The position numbers were made by a program, and so were the translations under genes. 64,000 nucleotides of DNA from Microthyrium microscopicum (taxonomy: Eukaryota). Every line of letters begins with the position of its first letter. Position 1 is the first letter of the stretch. The DNA lies in the NCBI GenBank assembly GCA_010405405.1, contig MU004246.1, positions 1 through 64,000 on the forward strand. Direction: 5' to 3'. The notes under the pieces are model-generated. The model was not told the origin of the DNA and made no database searches. It worked only from the letters and a program-made list of their open reading frames with translations. This document shows, piece by piece, positions 26,136-39,525 of this stretch.

Positions 26136-28229
26136 CTAGAACACAAGTCCAATAGTCTTGTCATAGAATTTCTCCATCTTGGAAGCACTCTCGCCTCTTA
26201 ACGCCTGGTGTTGCAAGAAAATCTCCTCCTCGCGATCAATCGCATCCTTGCCAGTGAACAAATCAGCCTCGTGTGGCTTGATTCCCTTGGTCTTGAACCA
26301 GAATTTGTACCCAAAGAGCATGATCAAATACACCGGGATGCCAATATAGCTGTAGCAATCAGTACAAATTCCTTGTGAATATGGTAGAAAACTTACGATG
26401 TGATAAATTCGGTAGTGAAAGCTTTGCCGTCAAACTCGCCGTTTGGTTTTTTGAGCATAAAAGCCGTGAAGCTCTTGGTAATTGCAATGAGGCAGCAGAA
26501 TCCTAGAGCAATATACGATCCCCAGATACCAAATGGCGATTTGTAGTGCAGTGATTCTTCGGGAATATTCTGGGCTTTCCGTGCTCTCACGAAGTAGATG
26601 TGAGATACCAAAATTGATATCCAAGATAGCAGCCCGAAAATAGTGACGAGGTTGACAAAGTACGTGAATACTTGGGAGGAATCGCTCGACACATTCAAGT
26701 ATGCCAAGAGGCAAAAGCACGCTGAAGTTAGTAGTGCATAGATAGGAACTCCACTATCAGGCTGTTAGCGATGTTTTTGCTACTTATTGAGATTGACATA
26801 CCGTTTATCGGTTTTGCAGAGAAAATGGGGTGCTTTGCCATCCTTTGCGATTCCGTATATTGTTCGGGTCGCAATGTAGAGATCAGAATTGCTTGCGCTC
26901 AGAATGAAGAATAGAATGCAGACATTCAATAGGCCAGGCAATGTACGAATGTTTGCGACCACGATAGCAGCAACAAATGGAGACGCAGATGCAGTGTTCG
27001 CTTTAGCTTTGGTTGCTTTGAGAAGAGCATCGGAGTTGTAAGGAATGATCATGCCCAGGAAGAAGATCAGTACGACGTAGAAGAACAAAATTCGCCAAAA
27101 CGTAAGCTTGATGGCTCGAGGAATATTTCGACGAGGATTTTGAGCCTGAGATCTTGTTAATTTTGCATCTCGGCGAGTTTTTGAAGGATACTTACTTCTC
27201 CTACTGTAACACCAATAAGTTCTGTTCCAAGATATGCAAAGACAGCTATGACCATAACGCTCCAGAATGCCACGAATTTTGCTTTGCTTTCGTTTGCGAT
27301 TCCAGGATATGGTTTGAAAGCTCCGGGATCTTTCCAGTATCGAAATCCTTTTCGGTCATGATCTGGTCCTCCACCCAGCGCGAGAATGATGGTCAAGAGA
27401 ATCAGGCCAAGGAGTACAACAACCTTGAATGATGAGAGCCAGAATTCAAATTCGCCAAACCATCGGATACCGAAGTAATTGATGAAGATTATGACGAGGA
27501 GAAAAACGGTAATGAAGACGCCCGGGTTGACCTTTTCTCGAGGAACCCAGTATTGAATCACTAATGCGGCCGCAGTGAGTTGATTGGGAGTTACGATGAG
27601 ATATTTGAACCAGTATGAGTATCCCAACGCGAATCCAAGTGCTGTGAATTGTCAGTCATAAGTTCCGGTAGTCGTGCCGACATGATTATGAAAGATCTGA
27701 TAATCAGGAAAAGTCCTACCTGGATCGACGAATCTCGTTGCGTAGCCAGCGAATCCTTTACCCAGAGGTAACCTATATCTCGTTAGCTCAATTATCAACC
27801 TCAAATATGTGATAAGACTCACCATGTAGCCATCTCTCCTAGCGCAAACATGACCATAGAAACAATTGCTCCTAGCAAGGGTTAGATGAATAAATTAGAT
27901 GAGTGATTCAATGAACTTACCAACGAAGGCATACGCGATCAATATTGAGCCAGGCCCTGCTGCTGCAAGACTTTTTCCTGTACCGATAATCAAGCCAGTT
28001 CCTGGTATTATTGTCAGCCTTATGATTGCACAATATCTTGCTATTATTACAACATACCGATTGCGCCTCCCAGGGCAATCATGGAAATATGTCTAGCCTT
28101 GAGTCCACGATGAAGCTCTGTACCGACCTCTTCAGGCTTGACTTCCGCCCCATTGACGTTTCCATGATCGTCCGAAACATCAGACTGAACCGGTCCACCC
28201 TTCTCATTCGAATCATATCTACTCGCCAT
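26136..28229 (-). CDS. Amino-acid permease (APC/YAT family, Dip5-like); 7 introns
   Basis: LHRGLKARHISMIALGGAIG, FGEFEFWLSSFKV, GFRYWKDPGAF, AYLGTELIGVTVGE|AQNPRRNIP, SASNSDLYIATRTIYG; multiple TM segments. Confidence 0.92.
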
Positions 28230-29710
28230 TATGGACCATCAAGCCCCGCAAGGCTGGTCCTCAAGCAGTTGGATTGGAGAGGTCCCTGTCGCGCATATGC
28301 TGGCTCTTTTGGTGGCGAGATTTATTTGCTGAAGAGGTGTTTCGTGTTTGTGAGAAAGCTTTCAGCTTCTTAATCGGCGCAAGGAAGATAGGTATCTCAT
28401 TATAAAGAATAATTCTGGTGGGGTTGTCACTTGGCATACAGTACACTTGCCAGGTTGGTCACCAGTTGACAGGTCGTACTTGCCTTTTGCTGTCGGCTGT
28501 GCAACCTTGCTGCCTTTACGGGTGATAATTGGCGTGAGCCTCGTGCCCAGGTGCTATAACCTGTAATGCAACGTCAGGCTGAAGCTTGGCTCTTGGTATT
28601 CTGCTTCAACAACATAATACTTTCTGAAATACTCCGGTGAAAAGCTTGTAATTCTCCGTGATGACTTATATGTCGAAAGTAAGAATCGAAACTGGGGATA
28701 ATATTCTGAAACCAGCCGGATGTAGGTTTATACTTGGAAATATTGATTACATTCTAATATGCCAACAGTAATATCGGACCCTGGCTACATATGTAAGCCT
28801 TGTGCCTGGTCACTGGGCGATCTCTTCACGAGAGAGCCAAGAAGTCCAAAACAGTTCGCTGTAACCCAAGTAGAAGTAGGTTGATCGGAACTTACCGAAC
28901 GAACTCTATTTCTTTTTTCAAATATTTCAATTGGATATGTGATACACAGGCTTCTTGATAAAGTGGACTGTTTAAAAGGTTCACGGTCAACAACGGACCA
29001 AATATGTTGCCACTACTGCATTCCAAACATGCCGATGGCTGCAGAATTTGCAAGGTAGAAGTTTAAAATATTGGGAAATTCAGACTGTTCGTTTTAAAAG
29101 AATTCGAGGGATCGGACTGAGATGCTGGGCCTCTATGGCATCATTCTGCGATGAGCCTCGCCCTTGCCGGTTTGAAAATACCTAGGTTTAGCACGTCCGA
29201 AAGAAGCTGTAGAACTCTATGATTCTGTTTATATAAATAAGATCTCTGAGAAGAAAAGCCGCGAGACTGACTCTAAACAAGCACAATCCCACCTAAACCC
29301 CTCATTTCGCCATCAGGCTGAAAAAACGCCTCATTCAGCCTTGCGAAGTAGTGCATAATACTTATCTTTCTTTCTGGAAGTTCTAACTCGTAGTTTCCTC
29401 AATATGTGCGTCAAAGTGCCAATATGCCTTGCGGAACTGGCCCCAAGATTATCAGGCTGCTGCGCCAGTAAGCAAGCTTGAGTGTTGTGTACTGGTGCGC
29501 GACACAGCCAGGGAATCTTCATTGGACGGATGGCCCGAAGGGGAATGCCCGCTGCAGTTATAGTTGCTTTTTCAGCCTGATATTTTGGTAGCCCAACTTC
29601 ATCTGCTGCGTACAAAGCTAGACTACTACATCAACACTGCGCACAACCTCCGTGTCATCGAATTTTATTCAAACCAGTTCTTGTTGGAGTTCCAGGAACC
29701 GGAACTGAAC

Positions 29711-32271
29711 ATGTCGTCGAGTAAATGGATGGGTACCTCCGTACCAGGTCCCAATCTTGCAGACAGGAGTGACCTCGACAACGATAACGCGCCGACAACT
29801 GAAACCTGCGATGTATGCCGCAAAATTGCTCATGCTATTGCTGGAAATGAGCCGAAGGACGCTCAGACAAGCTCATACGAGAAAATATGGTATCTGGGAC
29901 TTTGGCAAGGTTTTTCTGATAGGAAGCAGTGCCACGATTGTCAGAATATCGTTCAATTCTTCGGCTCTTGTGCAGATGACAAAAGGTCGTTCAGTCCAAC
30001 GTGTTCAATACGGCTTCGAGGGGGTTGGAGGGGTTGGAAACGACGGCCTCGAGGGGGTTGTGATACGTTTACTATAGAGGGAGTGGGAATGCCTTGAAAC
30101 TTGGAGGGATGTCTTGCTGACCATACTTAAAGTTTTGCAAATCTTTCCAAACCTTTGATACTATTAGTCAGATTTGCGGCTGCTACCAACAACTCCGCCT
30201 TGTGCCGGTTGAAAAGAATGGAACACAAGTATCGGAAAACGCGAGATGTCTTTCTCTGACATCGGAATTTATCAGCATACCTTTGCTCATCGGCTGGGCA
30301 CAACAGTGCCACGAAGAGCATGGAGGAGTATGCCATGATTTAACAGAGCGAAGTCGCATTTCTTTACCGTCTGATCTGATCTTGATCGATGTGAGGAAAT
30401 CATGTTTGGTACATGTTCCCACAGTCAGTTCAGAAAGATATGTTGCAATATCATACGTTTGTGAGTTCTCCTTTTGCTTATACTGTTCTCCCCGCATCTT
30501 CAATTTACTTCGATGCTACCAACACCCGCTGTGGTACCCAGGTCCTCCTGTATAAACTGGCACTGATTAGCAGAGGGCGCTCTGGCCCAACTTCCAAGAA
30601 AATCGTCCTTTTTAAAAGCCACAGGATGCAATCCCACACTAATCCAGTTTAGGGGGGAAGAAATCTGGGGATATCAGATTGACTATGAAAACACGGGATT
30701 TCCTCTTTACTGAAAACTCTCTAATGAGAATGAAAGAGCGCATACCAAGAACAATACAAGATGCGATGACCGTGGTGGCAGCAATGGAGCTCCAGTATCT
30801 ATGGGTCGATCGCTTATGCATCATTCAAGATCAAAAAGAAGGTTTGAATCAGCAGTTACATCAAATGGCATCGGTTTATGCGAATTCATACTTCACTATC
30901 GTCGCAGCAGATGGCCGAGATGCGGACCAAGGACTTACTGGTGTAAAGCCTCATGGTCGAAGTATCGCTTTCCAATTCAGCGGGGAAGTCAAGACGGTAG
31001 AAGACCCAGATTACATTCGGCGAACGGACGGATCAGTATGGAATACACGTGCATGGACTTTTCAAGAAAGTACTTTGTCATTAAAGCAAATGATCTTTAT
31101 TGGAAGCAGTGTCTACTGGAGATGCCAAAAGATGGACAAGGATGAGACCGGTGGGGATATGTTCAGACTCGGAGCAGACAATTCTAGTGACTATGGCCAG
31201 GGCCTGGGAGGAGCATGTCCTCCCTGGCCGAATCTGGAACGTTATTGTGATCTAGTTACTGGCTACACTGTTCGCAATCTCACGTTCGAAACCGACGCTC
31301 TTCGTGCCTTTTCGGCAATCACTACGGCGCTTAGTGGGTCGTTTCCTGGAGGATTTCTTTTTGGTCTGCCAGTGTTCTTGTTTGATATCGGACTGCTCTG
31401 GACCGGTGCCCCCGATCGTCTAGTGTTAGCTAAACGGCGGAAGTCCTTTCCAAGCTGGTCATGGTTAGGTTGGACCGGCAGGACTACATGGGATGTGAAA
31501 TATGAAGCCGGCTGGAGTCCGTTACATGTTGTATGGAGGCAAAGTCCATATCCAACTAATTTCAAACCACTCATAGACTGGCACGCAATTCGTTTGGATG
31601 GAATGCGAACGACAATAGACAACTCTTATCATTCGTACAAGATAGATTTGCGGGATCCTGATCTTTGCCTGCCAACTGGCTGGAGTCTGGCCAATTCGGG
31701 CTGCGACGAGAAAACACTGGTCGTTCAATCAGACCAGATACGTCCAAGATGGGATTACGACGCTAAAGGATACTACGAGCAGCAGTTTAACTTTCCCGTT
31801 CCACTGTTCCCGTCCCCAACAGATGACGAGTCTCATCTGTTTTCTGGCAAGCTTGAGTTCCAAGCTGAGACCTGTACCATCACCTGCTCCCGAGGTCACG
31901 ACTATGATGTCCATGGTCGCATATTTCTGGATCTTTGCGATGATAGTGGCCGTTGGATTGGGGCCATTGACACGAATGAAGTTATGAATGATGAGGAAAG
32001 GTCTGGAGCAAACTACTGCCAGCTAATCGGTTTATCTTACGGACATGTGCTGTTAGGCATTCCTCGAGTTCAGTATGATCACAGGTTGCAGAAGGACTTT
32101 CCCGAGGTGGAGATGTACGATCATCTAAAGACCCTGAAAGAGTACAATTTCTACAACGTGATGTGGATTGAATGGATCGATGGCGTAGCTTATCGAAAGG
32201 GGGTCGGTCGAGTGTGGGAGGAGGCTTGGAAGCTACAGAATCGCACGATGATAGACGTTGTACTTGGATGA
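29711..32271 (+). CDS. HET (heterokaryon incompatibility) domain protein; probable exons 29711-30082, 30133-30460, 30653-32271
   Basis: YVAISYV|WG after splicing, IPRTIQDAM, YLWVDRLCIIQD, QMASVYANSYFTIVAA, WNTRAWTFQE, FPSWSWLGW. The first intron donor (GTGGGA) is weak. Confidence 0.85.
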
Positions 32272-32480
32272 CTTGCGAACTTGATGGAGCTACAGGCTAT
32301 AAGGGCATCATATCCCTGATACTAGCAAACCAGGATGTTTACTGCTTCTTTGGGCATGAAGACAAGAACTGAAATTGAAAGTGTGTATATTTGAGATCAA
32401 AATGCAACGCTTCCTAGCCAAACCCAAAATCTATGCCATCCCATCCATCCCGGCTCATCTATCCCTCTCCCATATCGCCC

Positions 32481-33815
32481 CTATTTCTTCAAAGCCTTCT
32501 CAGGATCCTTATCAAAAGCTAAACACCACTTATCCCACTCCCGCGCCGCCTTCTTCATAGTCTGCCTCAAATCATCCTTAACCTCCTGAATCTCCCACTG
32601 TTCGTCCTCCCAGTTCCTCTCTTCTCCCTGCACACCACTCGGCGCCCAACCTAGTGCCTCCAACACTTCCGTTTCCGTCGGCGCTGGTCCTGAGGACTTG
32701 AACAGTCCGTAGTCTCGTTTCACGCACTCAGCGGTGAGGTACCGAGTCAGCACGTCGAGACGTGGTGAAGGTGCAAATGTGAGTTTTAGCTCAGATTCGT
32801 GGCCCGCGGTAGGAGAGGGCGAGTTCAAGCGCTTCGTAACGCTCCTCGCTGTCTTTGCACCACGGATGGAGCTATACGCCCAAACACCATCCATTTCAAG
32901 CAACCCGCCAAACGGCCAAACCGGCGTAGCCAGCAAATCGATCGCCGCAGAAACAGGAATGAGACCCGTAGCAAGCACAGCATCCCGATCAGCTTTACTC
33001 TTCGTTCTCAACATACTAGCCAAAAATTCCGCCCTAACCTCCTCCGCACTATGCCTCAAACTCGCCGGATGAACCAACACCAACTCCGTCAACCCCACTG
33101 TCGCTTTCGTCGTCTCCGCCTGATGTAAACCATCCTCATGATGTCTATCGCCCGCTGGATCCGGTGTGATGGGTCTAGGAGGAAGGCTTGGCGCATTTGG
33201 ATCCGTCTGCGCATGCGGATTGAGAGTACTTGCGGAGCCAGTTGCGTTTGCATTAACTTTCTTGTTGGACGACGGCGGTCCAGGGACGCGGTTGAGGAAG
33301 TCAAGAGAGGAACTTGTAGTCCAACCCACAGCTTTACTAATGCCCTTGGTAGCTCTTCCTTTGATACCCTGCCAACTCGCGACCTTTGCATCGCTTGTTT
33401 TGGCTTTTCTGACTTCTTCCTGCCACTTCCGCTGTACTTTGTGGAATTTCTCTTCCTTCTCGCCTTCTTTTGGCGCTTTGAGTGGTGGAGGGGGCGGCGT
33501 ATACATGAGAAATCTATCAGGAATGGTGTCGGCGCCTTTGATAGCGTGGATGCTGGGCTTCGGGAAGGGAACGAGGTAGGCGATTAGTTTGTGTGGATCG
33601 CGCGTGTAGTGGACTGGGGAGCTGATATCTTGATCGAAGGCGGCGAACTCGGCGGGCTTTTGGAGAGGCGGGGGGAAGTAGGTGTCGTCGTATGCTGGTG
33701 GTGGGCCTGAGCTTGCGATTGTGGTTTGTTGTTGATGTCGTGGTGGGAGCGGTGGTTGAATCTCATATTCTGCTTCTGGCGCTGGTTGAGCGCCGGTCAT
33801 TTTGATATCGGACAT
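32481..33815 (-). CDS. Hypothetical fungal protein (444 aa, Pro-rich N-terminus), intronless
   Basis: Long ATG-started ORF with protein-like composition; no family recognised. Confidence 0.75.
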   Translation of the reverse strand: MSDIKMTGAQPAPEAEYEIQPPLPPRHQQQTTIASSGPPPAYDDTYFPPPLQKPAEFAAFDQDISSPVHYTRDPHKLIAYLVPFPKPSIHAIKGADTIPDRFLMYTPPPPPLKAPKEGEKEEKFHKVQRKWQEEVRKAKTSDAKVASWQGIKGRATKGISKAVGWTTSSSLDFLNRVPGPPSSNKKVNANATGSASTLNPHAQTDPNAPSLPPRPITPDPAGDRHHEDGLHQAETTKATVGLTELVLVHPASLRHSAEEVRAEFLASMLRTKSKADRDAVLATGLIPVSAAIDLLATPVWPFGGLLEMDGVWAYSSIRGAKTARSVTKRLNSPSPTAGHESELKLTFAPSPRLDVLTRYLTAECVKRDYGLFKSSGPAPTETEVLEALGWAPSGVQGEERNWEDEQWEIQEVKDDLRQTMKKAAREWDKWCLAFDKDPEKALKK

Positions 33816-34516
33816 GCTTCGTCTCTAAAAACCAATCGTTTGTAAGTGGGAATGGTGAATTTGGCTGATTGTATTGTTGTATGATATTTCTCTGCCAAGT
33901 TTGGGTCGTTGGTGTTTTTATACTGGAAATGGGTGATGTCACCGACCCCTGTCAAGCGAAGCTATCCGCAGCACGCAGATCTCGTCTCCACGTCCTGATA
34001 GAGCTTCGCGTCCACCACTGCGCCCCAATCATCGCTTGCGAAATACACACGGAAGCCCATTGGAAAAAGAGCTTAAACGTCTGCCTGTTATTTCGCTAAG
34101 CTGCGGTTACGTTGTTGACGACGACTTCAAAAATAACATAGTCGGCTAGGCTTTTTGTGCTAATGCACTTTGAGGCGTGTAGACGAGAGAACCTCAATTG
34201 CGGTCGAAATCTAACTGGTGATTATCAGAGTGTGTCGGATCCGCAGTAAATGGCATAGTTAGGCATCAATATAGATCACTAGAATGGAGATTAGTCGAGC
34301 AAATTGAAGAGATCAGATGAGAAAGAAAATGCAAGTCCATTCCAAACAGGTTGTTGTACAGTAATTTAGCCCAAAACCCCGAAGTACCAAAGCCGAAGTG
34401 AGCTAGGCCCATCATTTGGTGGATGTGTGAGCTTTTCTTTTCTTCGCAACGGGGAAGACCAGATCAAAACGACCAGCCGGAGTCCAATTTTCCCAAAATC
34501 TCCTTTTCATGCTGAT

Positions 34517-35990
34517 TCAGATCTCATCGTCCATGTTGACATCGGCCTCGGCAGTTGTCGCAGCACCTTCAGTCGCGCCCTCACCACCACCTCCCCAGTA
34601 ATCGGCCATCTCCGCATCTAATTCCTCTGCCGTCTTGCGCGGTCGACCACCGACAAGCGCATGGCCTTCTGTGTCAGAGCGTTCGCGAGGCGCTGGCTGT
34701 CTCCGCTGGCCAGGGCGGCGAGTACCACGGTCATTGCGACGAGGTGATCGACGTCTGCTATCGTTGCGAGGAGCACCTCCATTCTGCCCAGGCACATATC
34801 GATCGATATTATCGGGAGCAGCTCGCTGTACGTTGCTGCGTCGCGGATTGTCGTCGTCCGAGTCGGCACCTACGCGATTACGGCGCTCATTGGCAGCAAT
34901 ACGCTCGAGAATGCTTGGTGGTTGCCGTTCGGCGGTGCGGCGAGCTTCAGGCAGGTTTGAGACTAAACTGATGCGGATGGGTTGCCCATTTGCATTGGCT
35001 CCGTCAAATTCTTCGATTGCTGCGCGAGCGTAGCGGGCGTCTGGCAGAACTACAAAGGCGATGCCTCTGCTGCGATCTTGTTTGTCGTATACCAAGCTAA
35101 CCGAGGTCACTGGTCCAATCCGTTCAAAGAGTTCCTGTGGCTGGTTAGATTTGTTGGGAACTCGAGAGTATGGCGCATACCCTAATATCGTCTTCCGTCA
35201 GATCATAATGAATGTTCTCGACTTTCAGCTTTGAGCCAATCTGGGGCCTGTTTTTGCGTTAGGTCCGAACGCGATTTGGTGGAGTGACTCTACGTACGAA
35301 GCGTAAGGATCGCGGCGAGTTATTCGCACAGGATGCGTTTCGCGATGGTGCGGTCGTCCTACATGCTAATCAGATCTGTGAATCATATCATTGTATCAGG
35401 TGCCGTACCAGCTTCTTCATCGTCATCGAATCGATCGTGAACCCAATCGCTGAACTGGTGTTAGCTCCATAATAATCCAGCCGAGGAAAGAGAAAGTTGT
35501 CTTGTATTACCGGTCCATGTTTCTGTTATCTTCGCGGCGATAACTCTATTCATCAGTCGACCAGGTCAGCGTCATTCACTTGTTATATAAGGCGGATTAG
35601 TCTCCGAGTGCCGGCGCAGTAAGCAGGCAACCATGGCTTCGACATTGACGTTTGACGTTGGAGGATTGTCAGGTTGCGTTTGTTCTGCCGTAAGGAGAGG
35701 TATGGTTGCGCATGCGTAAAGACATCGGAAAAAGTCGAGAATTATAGAGGAGGATATGAGGGGTGAGGAAAAAGCACCTGTTGGGAGATGTCAGCGGTTG
35801 TAGCGTTTAACAAGTAAGCTCGCGTACCTTTTTGATACCGTCACGGGGTGGTCGACGGTCACGAGCTTGGCCGCGAGAGTTGTTCCGGTCACGATGCTGT
35901 TTCTCATGTCAATTACTAGAAATCGAATACAAGTAGTGTATTACGAACCTGCTGTCGTTCAGCGATGACATCGTCTAGACTGCGATCCAT
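34517..35990 (-). CDS. ALYREF/Yra1/THOC4-family RRM mRNA-export adaptor; 7 exons (35990-35949, 35896-35828, 35545-35511, 35449-35409, 35358-35298, 35247-35181, 35134-34517)
   Basis: N-box MDRSLDDVIAER, DWVHDRF, RRM (LKVENIHYDLTEDDIR..DRSRGIAFV..FDGANANGQPIRISL), C-box RKTAEELDAEMADYW. All six introns are GT-AG and keep the frame. Confidence 0.9.
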
Positions 35991-37799
35991 GGTGATAAAT
36001 CGGGTGGTGAGAGGTCTGCGAAGACGAAGAAAGCGAAGCTAGCGTAGTAGGTTTAGGAAGAGTTCAAGATGATGGCTTTTATGAACGAGAAGTAGGCAAT
36101 TTAAGCTGAGAGATCGATGGTGTTGATGAAGAAATGATGGAAGAGCGCAGCAAATGCGATGCTCAGTTGGTGGTGTTGGTTAATGGTTTGCATCAGCGGT
36201 CTGGACTAGCACCAATTCGGCTAAGCGCCTTCAACCCCTGTTTGCTCTGAAAAGACCTCGATTTTGCTTCACAGCTGCTTATTTTTTTGTGTTCTTTCAC
36301 TGCCAATGATTCTATTCATTCACATTATCGCCTGGTGCGCCTTACATGAACAGAAATTAGAGGCTCATCAGTATGCGAGCTAGTGGCCTCTAGTATCGTA
36401 CTGCTTGTTACCTGTCAAGACACGCTCATTTCCTGAGCGGATAGGCGCAGTAGTTACGAGCAGTTCTCACCACTGTTATTGGGCTGGCCGATGGAAATGC
36501 CAGCCCTACCGAAAACTTCTGTTAAAACGCATTATGCTAGCGTGCCTATTTGGATTAGATAAGGCTTTTTGGCTTGCGCTAGAAGGGGTAAAAGGGGTTA
36601 GGAAGGGTATTAATAAGAATAATTCTCTTCTAAATATAGATTACTTACTATATTAACTTATTTATTAATCTTTATAAAAGCAAATAGAGATATAAAAAAG
36701 GCTTCTAGGAAACTCTTTTTAAGCTAATAACCTTAAGTTTTTAAAGCCTCTATTATAATTATTAGCCTATATAACGTCTTTATTTAGAGAATATATTATA
36801 ATATAAGATAGAATTTTAAAAAGGAGAAAGATTAAAAGAATAAAGAAAAATAGTTACTTTAAATAGTAAATTATAAGTACTTAATCTTTTTTTATTCTCT
36901 AATAAGAACTTTAATTACTTATTAAAATAGTAAATCTTTCTACCTTATTTTCTTAAAAGATATAAGTAAAGAAGTTTTAGCTTCTAATAAGAATACCTAC
37001 TATAAAAGTCTTTTAAAATACTTTAGATTATTACTAATATCTAAGTTATTTATATTTTAAGATATAAAAAACTCTAGCTATAGTAGCTATAAATATAATT
37101 AGTAGTAAAACTCCTATACTAGTAAAGAGAATAGAGAAAAAAGGATATTAATAAAGTATAAAAGAGCAAATCTTTATACTTAACTAGTAACTTACTTAGT
37201 AAATTTAGGTTTCTAATAAATACCTTTTAGCTAAGTAAGGACTAGGTCTTAGTTACTAAATAGATAAAGATATAGAATAACTTTATTAATCTACTAATTT
37301 TATAGAGATAGCTAGATATTTTAAAGTATTTTTATTAACTATTTAACGCTAGTATTACTAATAAATATTTTTAAATTAGGTTCTAAATAGAGATAAACGC
37401 GTTAATTAGACTAAGCAAAAGTAGTTTTCTACTTTAGAAAAGGCTATCTATAATATATTTATTTAGAAAATAACTAAAGACTATAAAGTTTCTATTAACT
37501 AGTTTAAATATAAAATTTAATAATAATAGGCTATTCTTTATACTAATTAAATTAGTAATACCTCCTTTTTAGTAAGGCTAAACCTCTTAGCTAACTAGTA
37601 CTAGCTATTCTTTTAATAATATAATATTATATAGCATAAAGTAATTTATATTACTTAGAAAAAGTCTCCTAATTAAAGGAACTAAGTAGTATCCTTTTAT
37701 TCTTTTATTAGATAAGTTTAGCATAGTATTATTACTTTATAAAAAGTTTATTTAAATTTACCTTAACTAAAAGATATTTTATTATATAGTTTAATACTA

Positions 37800-39080
37800 G
37801 ATTACTTTAAGTATAATATTAATAAAATACTTATAAGCTATAAGTATCTTACTAGCTAGGTTTATACTAAAAAAAAAGTATAAATAGTAACCTAAACTAC
37901 TACTTAGAGTAGCTAGAAAAAGAGATAATTTATAATTATACTATATATCTTTACTAATAGTATATAATAAGTTAAGCCTTTAATTATCTTTAAAGAAGAG
38001 CTAATAAATAGAACTAGCTAAATTTTTAATAAAGAAGATAAAAACTATTTAAATAAAGTTATTATTAAGTTTAATCTAACTACTTAGGAAAATAAGAAAT
38101 TAATTCTAAAGTAGCTAAATAAGTAATACTTACTAGTTATTAAAGATTATATTTATTAATAGCTATAACGCTATAAAGAAGTAAAAGATTCTTCTTTATA
38201 GCAAAAGGCTATTTATAATACCTTTCCTAAGTTTAAAACTCTATTTAATAAATATAATACTTAGATTTAAAATACTTCTTAATTAGAAGATTACCTTACT
38301 ATAATTAGTATATTTACTATTCTAGCTTATTACTTACTAGAATCTTTCTTAGTTATAGACTATACTTCTTTTTATAAAGGTCTTAGAGTTAAGTAATAGT
38401 ATTAATTTTATTAGACTATTATTTATATTATTCTTCTTAGAATAACCTCCTTATTATAACCTCTAAATATTAGCTATAATAAGCCTTTTAAGGCTAAAGT
38501 TATAAACCTTATAAAAGAATAAGCCTATAATAATAATCTAAATATAGATATTACTAACTAAGAAGTTAGACTTTACTATATCCTAATTATCTTTATTATT
38601 ATTAAAGTAGATAAGGTATTATATATAGATAAAAAAAAGATAATTCTTTAGTCTTTTAAATATACTAGTATTTTAATTCTAGCTAATAGCTTAGATAATC
38701 TTATATAACTAAGTATTAAAGGTATTATACCTAGGGAGCTAAACCTCTTAGACTAAAGAACTATTCCTCCTTATTATTACTAAGATAAGGAACCTAAGTA
38801 GAATCCTTTTATACTTTATAGTAATTAACTAGCTAAAGACTTCTATCTAAAAGATAATAATAATAAGGATACTCTAATAGATTTAAGAGTATTAATTCTC
38901 TTTACTAACTAGTAAGCATTATTCTTAGATAATACTAAAGAATTTATCTCTTATAAAAATAATACCTTAATAGATCTAATTTCTTTTAATAATAACAAGC
39001 TAGTTAATAAGCCTATTAATAAGCCTATTAATAAGCTTATTAAAGAGCTTATTAAAGAGCTTATTAATAAGCCTAATACT
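37800..39080 (+). pseudogene. RIP-destroyed DDE_1 (pogo/Fot1-like) transposase remnant; full ORF probably extends further both ways
   Basis: Four segments in one frame. 37812 YNINKIL (de-RIP ~N.DETP); 37929 FIIILYIFTNSI**VKPLIIFKE (~TV.LCIFADG...KPL.IFKG); 38343 SFLVIDYTSFYK (~LVMD..SFH); 38427 IILLRITSLL*PLNISYNKPFK (~IPPG.TSLLQPLD...NKPFK). De-RIP readings are inferred by reversing C>T/G>A changes. Confidence 0.8.
39006..39077 (+). repeat. 12-bp tandem repeat x6 (AATAAGCCTATT/AAAGAGCTTATT), in frame with the transposase
   Basis: Six consecutive 12-mers starting at 39006; de-RIP suggests D/E-E-P-V/I tetrapeptides. Confidence 0.75.
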
Positions 39081-39420
39081 AAACTATTACTAAATTTCTA
39101 GTAGTTATTTACTAATACTAATATTAACCTTAACTTATTTAATAATCTTTAAGAACTTACCTTTAAGATAGCTATAGCTAAATCTAGTCTACCTATTACT
39201 ATTAAAAAAAAGAAATAGAAGAAATAACTAATAAAACGTAAAGTATTAGTAAAATATAAAGCACTAGCAAAAGAGTTTACTACTAAACTAGCTATAAAAA
39301 GGGCTAAAAAGGCTTCTAAAAAATTAATATCTATATATATATATAGGAATAGCTAATCTTAACCTTTTATAATTCTTAATAACGATACTACTACTTTGTC
39401 TTAAACTAGTCTTTAGGCTC

Positions 39421-39525
39421 CTCTCTAGTTAGGTCCTCTTTAGCTAAGTTCTCTCTAGCTAAGTTCTCTCTAGCTAGCTTCTCTCTAGCTAGCTCCTCTC
39501 TAACTAGCTCCTCTTTAATTAGCTC
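39421..39525. repeat. 15-bp tandem repeat x7 (CTCTCTAGCTAGCTC consensus)
   Basis: Seven consecutive 15-mers differing mainly by transitions. Confidence 0.8.

Noticed and set aside
35560..35770. Possible intronic H/ACA snoRNA in the long RRM-gene intron
   Set aside because: ANANNA and ACA words occur but I could not verify a two-hairpin fold or an rRNA guide; needs Infernal or snoGPS.
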